This document shows positions 39,639 to 44,394 of a stretch of DNA of 44,394 nt, one piece after another. The stretch lies in the NCBI GenBank assembly GCA_038236965.1, contig JBBRZF010000005.1, positions 1-44,394 of the forward strand, read 5' to 3'. The position numbers were made by a program, and so were the translations under genes. The notes beneath the pieces were generated by a model. The model was not told the origin of the DNA. It searched no databases and was given only the letters and a program-made list of their open reading frames with translations. This DNA comes from Terriglobales bacterium (GTDB taxonomy: Bacteria; Acidobacteriota; Terriglobia; Terriglobales; Acidobacteriaceae). Each line of letters starts with the position of its first letter. The first letter of the stretch is position 1.

Positions 39639-39658
39639 AAACTTGCGAGTAAGAATCA

Positions 39659-39690
39659 AGGGGGCCGCTCAACGGAGCGACCCTTTTTTC
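39659..39690 (+). terminator. Rho-independent terminator of galU
   Basis: GGGGGCCGCTC-AACG-GAGCGACCC followed by TTTTTTC, 21 nt after the stop. It may also serve purE on the other strand. Confidence 0.75.
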
Positions 39691-39703
39691 GTATCGAGAC
39701 CTG

Positions 39704-40222
39704 TTATTTTTTGCGAGATTCCTGCAGCTTCCTGGATTTTGTCTCTACGCCTTTTTCCAGCTTCTCTTTGTAGGCGACGAGTTTCTTTGCGAGGGAGGGG
39801 TCGGAGAGACCGAGGATCTGTGCGGCGAGGATTCCGGCGTTGGTCGCTCCGGCTTTGCCGATGGCCACGGTGGCCACGGGTATTCCAGAGGGCATCTGCA
39901 CCATCGCCAGTAGGGCGTCGAATCCTGCGAGCGGCGTGGAGGAAATGGGCACGGCGATGATGGGCAACGTGGTTTCGGCGGCGATGACGCCAGCAAGATG
40001 CGCAGCGCCACCGGCACCGGCGATGATGACCTTGATGCCGCGGCCGATGGCGCCTTGCGTGAACACGGTTGTGCGGCGCGGAGAACGATGCGCCGAGATG
40101 ATGTCGATCTCGTAAGGAATGCCGAATTCGTCGAGTGCCTTTGCGGACTCGTTCATGACGTCGAGGTCAGAGTCGCTGCCCATCACGATGGCAACGAGTG
40201 GATGCTGGCTCATGTTGCTCAC
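39704..40222 (-). CDS. purE: N5-carboxyaminoimidazole ribonucleotide mutase
   Basis: [14 protein letters not shown]...[10 protein letters not shown] PurE signature. Start is the GTG at 40222 or the ATG at 40213. Confidence 0.95.
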   Translation of the reverse strand: MSNMSQHPLVAIVMGSDSDLDVMNESAKALDEFGIPYEIDIISAHRSPRRTTVFTQGAIGRGIKVIIAGAGGAAHLAGVIAAETTLPIIAVPISSTPLAGFDALLAMVQMPSGIPVATVAIGKAGATNAGILAAQILGLSDPSLAKKLVAYKEKLEKGVETKSRKLQESRKK

Positions 40223-40255
40223 TTTCCAAGTCAGAGATTCAAGAGTAAGTTGCGA

Positions 40256-41539
40256 TTACTTGGTGGTTTGTTGCTTGAGTCCACGGGCGGCGATGTCGCG
40301 GCGATAATGCACGCCTTCGAAATGAATCCGTTGGGCCGCTTCATAGGCGAGAGCGACGGCCTGATGCAGATTGTCTGCGCGTGCGGTGACGCCGAAGACG
40401 CGTCCACCCGCAGTGTAGAGAGTGCCATCGCGCAGGCTGGTGCCGGCATGAAAGACTTTTACGCCTTCCACTTTCTCGGCTTCTTCGACGCCTTCGATGC
40501 GTTTGCCCATCTCGTAGGCTGCGGGATACCCCCCCGAGGCGAGGACGACGCAGACGGAGGCATCCTGCGACCACTTGAAATCGCCTTCACTGACGCGCCC
40601 TTCGATGCTGGCTTCCATGGCCTCCAATAGATCGCTGTCAAGGCGCATGAGGATGGGCTGAGTTTCGGGATCTCCAAAGCGGCAGTTGAATTCCAACACC
40701 ATGGGGCCGCGCGCGGTCATCATAAGCCCGCAGTAGAGGATGCCTTTGTAGGGTGCGCCTTCGGCGGCCATGCCTTCGATGACTGGCTTGGCGATGTGGG
40801 CGACTACCCAATCGCGCATCTGGTCATCGAGGATTCCCGGCCACGAATATGCGCCCATGCCGCCCGTGTTGGGGCCGGTATCGTTGTCGCCGACGCGCTT
40901 GTGGTCCTGCGCTGCGACCAGCGGGGAGACACGTTCGCCATCTGACAGGACGAGGAAGGAAAGCTCTTCGCCTTCGAGAAATTCTTCGAGCACGACGCGA
41001 CGTCCGGCGTCGCCGAGCATCTTGCCACTGAGCATTTCGGTGGCAGCGGCGGCGGCTTCGTCCTTCGTCTTGGCGATGACAACGCCTTTGCCCGCGGCAA
41101 GTCCGTCGGCCTTAACCACGAGCGGAGTGCTGAAGAGCGCCAGCGCGCCGGGCAGTTCTTCTACGGCGGTGATGACGGCGTAATGAGCGGTGGGAATGCG
41201 ATGGCGTTGCAGGAATTCTTTTGCGAAACTCTTGCTCGATTCGAGGCGGGCGGCGGCCTGCGTGGGGCCAAAGATGGGCCATCCGCGGCGTTCGAACTCG
41301 TCCACCACCCCGAGAGTGAGGGGGAGTTCGGGGCCTACGACGGTGAGGTCGGGCTTGATGCGCAAGGCGATTTGGATGATGGAATCGAGGCTCTTGAGAT
41401 CGACAGCTGCGCACTCTGCGTCCTGGCAGATGCCACCGTTGCCGGGCGCGCAATGCAACTCGGTGACGCGCGGCGATTGCCGCAGCTTCCAAGCCAGCGC
41501 GTGTTCACGACCGCCATTGCCGAGGATCAGTACCTTCAT
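40256..41539 (-). CDS. purD: Phosphoribosylamine--glycine ligase
   Basis: MKVLILGNGGREHALAWKL is the canonical PurD N-terminus, followed by an ATP-grasp domain; 427 aa. Confidence 0.97.
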   Translation of the reverse strand: MKVLILGNGGREHALAWKLRQSPRVTELHCAPGNGGICQDAECAAVDLKSLDSIIQIALRIKPDLTVVGPELPLTLGVVDEFERRGWPIFGPTQAAARLESSKSFAKEFLQRHRIPTAHYAVITAVEELPGALALFSTPLVVKADGLAAGKGVVIAKTKDEAAAAATEMLSGKMLGDAGRRVVLEEFLEGEELSFLVLSDGERVSPLVAAQDHKRVGDNDTGPNTGGMGAYSWPGILDDQMRDWVVAHIAKPVIEGMAAEGAPYKGILYCGLMMTARGPMVLEFNCRFGDPETQPILMRLDSDLLEAMEASIEGRVSEGDFKWSQDASVCVVLASGGYPAAYEMGKRIEGVEEAEKVEGVKVFHAGTSLRDGTLYTAGGRVFGVTARADNLHQAVALAYEAAQRIHFEGVHYRRDIAARGLKQQTTK

Positions 41540-41617
41540 TTTGAGTTCTCACCCGAGACGCCGTTCGCTGAACGAACCAGCGTGTGAATACAGGTTATGG
41601 ACTGGGAAGCAGGCGTG

Positions 41618-42370
41618 TCAAACGGCGGCGGTCGGAGCCTTCAACATCTGCGGCACGGTGGCGAATTCGTAGCCTTCGCCCTTGTAGCGGCGAATCAGAT
41701 TATCAGTGGCCTTGATGGTGTGCGAGCGGTCGGTGCCTGTGTTCAGATGCCCGCCATCGTGGAGCAGGATTACTTCGCCGCCGCGAATCTGGCGCTCGGC
41801 TTTCTGCTCGATGGAAAGGTTGGAGGTGGCGCTCCAGTCGTAACAGGTGACGCGCCACATGACCGGCGTCATGCCATATTCACGGGCGGTGCTGAAGGTT
41901 CCGGGGCGACGTCCGCCAAAGGGTGGACGGAACAAATCGGGCTTCTCTCCGCAGGCGTCGGCGATGGCGGCGTTGGTCTGCTCAAGTTGGCGGCGCAGTT
42001 CTGGTTGCGAGACGAAGATGAGGTTGGGATGCGAGTAGGTGTGATTGCCGATGGCGTGACCTGAGGCGACGAGGTCGCGCACGACCTGCGGTCGCTGTTT
42101 AACGAACTCGCCCACTAGAAAGAAAGTTGCGCGAACGTCGTGGCGCGCCAGAACTTCCATTAGTTGCGGTGTGTAGGGATCGTTGGGACCGTCGTCGTAG
42201 GTGAGAGCAAGCTGGCGAGTTCCCGGCGGGAGTCCGTTGAAGTTGCTGCCGTAGAGCTGAGACCAGGGCGCCATGGTGTGCAGTCCGGCCAGAGATGCCA
42301 CTGCTGCCGCTGCGCCCAACGCTGTGAGGGTCCCAAGCATGTACACAGATTGTACCGTTTCCGGTGGCAT
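41618..42370 (-). CDS. Polysaccharide deacetylase family protein (NodB homology domain)
   Basis: TYDDGP (motif 1) and HTYSHP (motif 2) with an N-terminal signal/TM segment; 250 aa. Confidence 0.9.
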   Translation of the reverse strand: MPPETVQSVYMLGTLTALGAAAAVASLAGLHTMAPWSQLYGSNFNGLPPGTRQLALTYDDGPNDPYTPQLMEVLARHDVRATFFLVGEFVKQRPQVVRDLVASGHAIGNHTYSHPNLIFVSQPELRRQLEQTNAAIADACGEKPDLFRPPFGGRRPGTFSTAREYGMTPVMWRVTCYDWSATSNLSIEQKAERQIRGGEVILLHDGGHLNTGTDRSHTIKATDNLIRRYKGEGYEFATVPQMLKAPTAAV

Positions 42371-42424
42371 AAACGAGAACGGCAGCCGCTTAGGCCGCCG
42401 TTGGATGACGTTGAGATTGATAAA

Positions 42425-42889
42425 TTATCGCTTGGCGATGGATTGCATAAAGCGCCAGCCATCGGAAGGGCGTATGGGAATGAGATTGAAGATTCCGATG
42501 ATGAGATTCGATTGGGCGACAATGTGATTGACGTCGCCGGGCATGGCGGAGAAGATTGCGTAGAGCAGGAAATTTACCGTGGGCCCGGCGAGCGCGGATT
42601 GCGCTTCGACGAACCAGAGAGGCGACTGTTCGCGGCGGGTGTAAGCGCCTTTGAAGGTGATGCCGATGGCCTTAACAGGTACGCCGTGGCGCGAGACAGC
42701 AGCCACGTGGGCGAGTTCGTGAAGCAGCAGAGAGGCGAAGACGAGTCCGGCGGCGAGCAACGCTCCGGTGAGGCCGAGCGGCACGGCAAAGCCGACCGTC
42801 AGCAATAGCAAAGCTCCCAGCGCCGATGCGTTCCATTCAAAATGCACAACTGCCTCCTCACGCCTGACCGGGCGAAACACCCCCATCAC
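42425..42889 (-). CDS. Small M50/site-2-protease-family membrane metalloprotease-like protein
   Basis: 154 aa with 3-4 TM helices and a HELAH (HExxH) motif within a TM segment (LLLHELAHVAAV). Confidence 0.65.
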   Translation of the reverse strand: MMGVFRPVRREEAVVHFEWNASALGALLLLTVGFAVPLGLTGALLAAGLVFASLLLHELAHVAAVSRHGVPVKAIGITFKGAYTRREQSPLWFVEAQSALAGPTVNFLLYAIFSAMPGDVNHIVAQSNLIIGIFNLIPIRPSDGWRFMQSIAKR

Positions 42890-43121
42890 GGTGCGTGCGC
42901 TTCTATATAGGCTTGTACGAGTTCTACAGTGTTAGAGTTCCATGGCGCGGCGGCTGTTGCCCTACGGTGAAAGCCGCACCTCGATTCGTAAATAGCCTTA
43001 GGAAGGCAGCCGCCCGGGAATACAGGCTAACAACTAAGGCAAATGGGCAGCGGCGAAAGTTTACTCTTCACATAATTGATTCGCGGCGCGGCACAGGCTA
43101 TGCTGCGCTTGGCAATCCTAC

Positions 43122-43787
43122 ATGGCAAATTTCTTTGAACCACCTCGTTACATCGCGATTGAGGGCCCGATAAGGGTCGGCAAGTCCACGCTGGCGCGCG
43201 TGATAGCCGAGCGGCTGCACGGACAGCTGATACAGGAACCGGAAGACAATCCCTTTCTGGACGCCTTTTACGACGGCGAACCGGGGTCGGCCTTCCAGGC
43301 GCAGTTCGCGTTCTTGATCCAGCGCTACGAACAGTTGGGCTCGCTGGACGTCGGCCCGGCATCGCGCAAAATCGTGGTCGCCGATTACATCTTCGAAAAA
43401 GACAAGATATTCGCCAACCTGAATCTGAGCGATCCGGAGCTGGCGGTTTATGACCGCTATTACAAGCCCTTCCGCCAGGAAGTGCCGACGCCGGAGCTGG
43501 TGATTTATCTGCAGGCGTCGGTAGATGTGCTGAAAAAGCGTCTGAAGAAAAAGAATGTAAACAGCGAACGCGCGGTGAACGAGGATTACCTCGAAGAGGT
43601 GGTGAAGGCCTACGAACACTTCTTCTTCCACTACACGTCGAGCGACCTGCTGGTGGTGAATACCTCGGAAATCGATTTTGTGGAACACTCCGAAGACCTG
43701 CAACAGCTACTTCGGCGGGTGAGCGAGCCTATCAAGGGCACGCAGTATTTCCTGCCGTTGGGCGGAGATGCGGCGGCGGGGGTGTAG
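43122..43787 (+). CDS. Deoxynucleoside kinase (dAK/dGK/dCK family)
   Basis: P-loop IAIEGPIRVGKST, ERS-like and LID regions typical of deoxynucleoside kinases; 221 aa. Confidence 0.85.
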   Translation: MANFFEPPRYIAIEGPIRVGKSTLARVIAERLHGQLIQEPEDNPFLDAFYDGEPGSAFQAQFAFLIQRYEQLGSLDVGPASRKIVVADYIFEKDKIFANLNLSDPELAVYDRYYKPFRQEVPTPELVIYLQASVDVLKKRLKKKNVNSERAVNEDYLEEVVKAYEHFFFHYTSSDLLVVNTSEIDFVEHSEDLQQLLRRVSEPIKGTQYFLPLGGDAAAGV

Positions 43788-43808
43788 GTCCTAGTTAGGA
43801 CAAACGAA

Positions 43809-43831
43809 GCTCTCCATTTGGAGGGCTTTTT
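43809..43831 (+). terminator. Rho-independent terminator of the deoxynucleoside kinase gene
   Basis: GCTCTCC-ATTT-GGAGGGC (7 bp with one G-U pair) followed by TTTTT. Confidence 0.75.
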
Positions 43832-43955
43832 AGCGGGGTCGTGAAGATTTGTAAGTTGCTGAAGGGGTGTAGGTTGCGGAATTCTGGTCGGTAAAATATT
43901 CAAAAGACTGGGGTTATTTGTAAAATATTGAGGACATGGAAGTTAGGTGGTGTTT

Positions 43956-43980
43956 GGGGAGGGTTTGGGCTTGGGGAGGG
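43956..43980 (+). other. G-quadruplex-forming motif (GGGG-A-GGG-TTT-GGG-CTT-GGGG-A-GGG)
   Basis: Five G-runs of three or more with 1-3-nt loops, read directly, embedded in a G/T-rich non-coding stretch (43930-44040). Confidence 0.5.
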
Positions 43981-44206
43981 TGAGGATAGAAGCGGGTTGA
44001 GTGCGGATGAGGGCGGTTTGAGGCCGGATGGGTGATGTCGTTTGGAACTTGGTTAAAGCTCGGATGGTTCTTCGTTAGTTCAGTATGGCTCTTCGTTTAT
44101 TTGGGTAGATTCTTCGAGAACGGGAGAAAAGCGGGAGAGATTGCGGGTCAGAAATGGGGAAAATCCTGTAACGGAGGCGAGTTTTGGGTAAGAAGGCTGC
44201 AACTGA

Positions 44207-44255
44207 GGCGAGCTTTGCTCGCCCGCCACGGACGGGGCGTCCGGGCCCACGCGAG
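44207..44255 (+). repeat. Dispersed double-hairpin repeat, copy 3 of 4
   Basis: GGCGAGCTTTGCTCGCCCGCCACGGACGGGGCGTCCGGGCCCACGCGAG; differs from copy 4 by two positions. Confidence 0.8.
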
Positions 44256-44346
44256 TCAAAAGCTGAACAGGCACGTCAAAACATGAACTACGCAAACCGA
44301 GACTTTCTGCACTAGGACGAAGGGTTCCTTGGTGACGAGGGTTTGA

Positions 44347-44394
44347 GGCGAGCTTCGCTCGCCCGCCACGGACGGGGGCGTCCGGGCCCACGCA
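44347..44394 (+). repeat. Dispersed double-hairpin repeat, copy 4 of 4 (truncated by the window end)
   Basis: GGCGAGCTTCGCTCGCCCGCCACGGACGGGGGCGTCCGGGCCCACGCA, 92 nt downstream of copy 3 in the same orientation. Confidence 0.8.

Noticed and set aside
44207-44394. Two near-identical repeats of about 48 nt separated by a 92-nt spacer at the window end; I considered a CRISPR array.
   Set aside because: The copies differ from each other at two positions. The other two copies are solitary and far apart (positions 82 and 15702). The unit is a double palindrome typical of REP/MITE-like elements. There is no regular repeat-spacer periodicity and no cas genes in the window.

Overview
This 44.4-kb window is high-GC (about 60%) and gene-dense, from a bacterial chromosome that looks mostly like core genome. 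The gene content suggests Acidobacteriota, but that is an inference I hold weakly. Most genes are on the minus strand. Housekeeping genes, in order: recG, a GAF-GGDEF diguanylate cyclase, a band-7/SPFH protein, the rpsF-rpsR-rplI ribosomal operon, pth-rplY(ctc)-prs-tRNA-Gln-ispE, a large outer-membrane beta-barrel protein, ruvB, a BON-domain protein, an EF-G paralog, acnA, mntH, hemL, mfd, a DUF885 protein, galU, purE, purD, a polysaccharide deacetylase, a small M50-like protease and a deoxynucleoside kinase. Noteworthy features: (1) A Bcp/PrxQ-type peroxiredoxin has an in-frame TGA exactly at the peroxidatic-cysteine position. It is a strong candidate selenocysteine (Sec) peroxiredoxin, and it sits in a three-gene cluster of thioredoxin-fold proteins with a DsbA-like protein and an iodothyronine-deiodinase-like protein. 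(2) A four-gene operon encodes an ECF sigma factor, a zinc-finger/HEAT anti-sigma factor, a DUF4097 beta-helix protein and a two-PDZ periplasmic protein. (3) A low-GC cassette of about 780 bp lies between the deiodinase-like gene and acnA, bounded by two identical terminator hairpins and inverted tandem 9-mer arrays. (4) A dispersed, double-hairpin REP-like repeat occurs in 4 copies, including at both window edges, plus several tandem-repeat arrays. (5) Ribosomal protein S18 carries an RGG/Pro-rich N-terminal extension of about 90 aa in an operon with no ssb/priB between rpsF and rpsR. (6) A G-quadruplex-prone, repeat-rich non-coding tail of about 600 bp closes the window. I saw no CRISPR array, rRNA, transposase or integrase.
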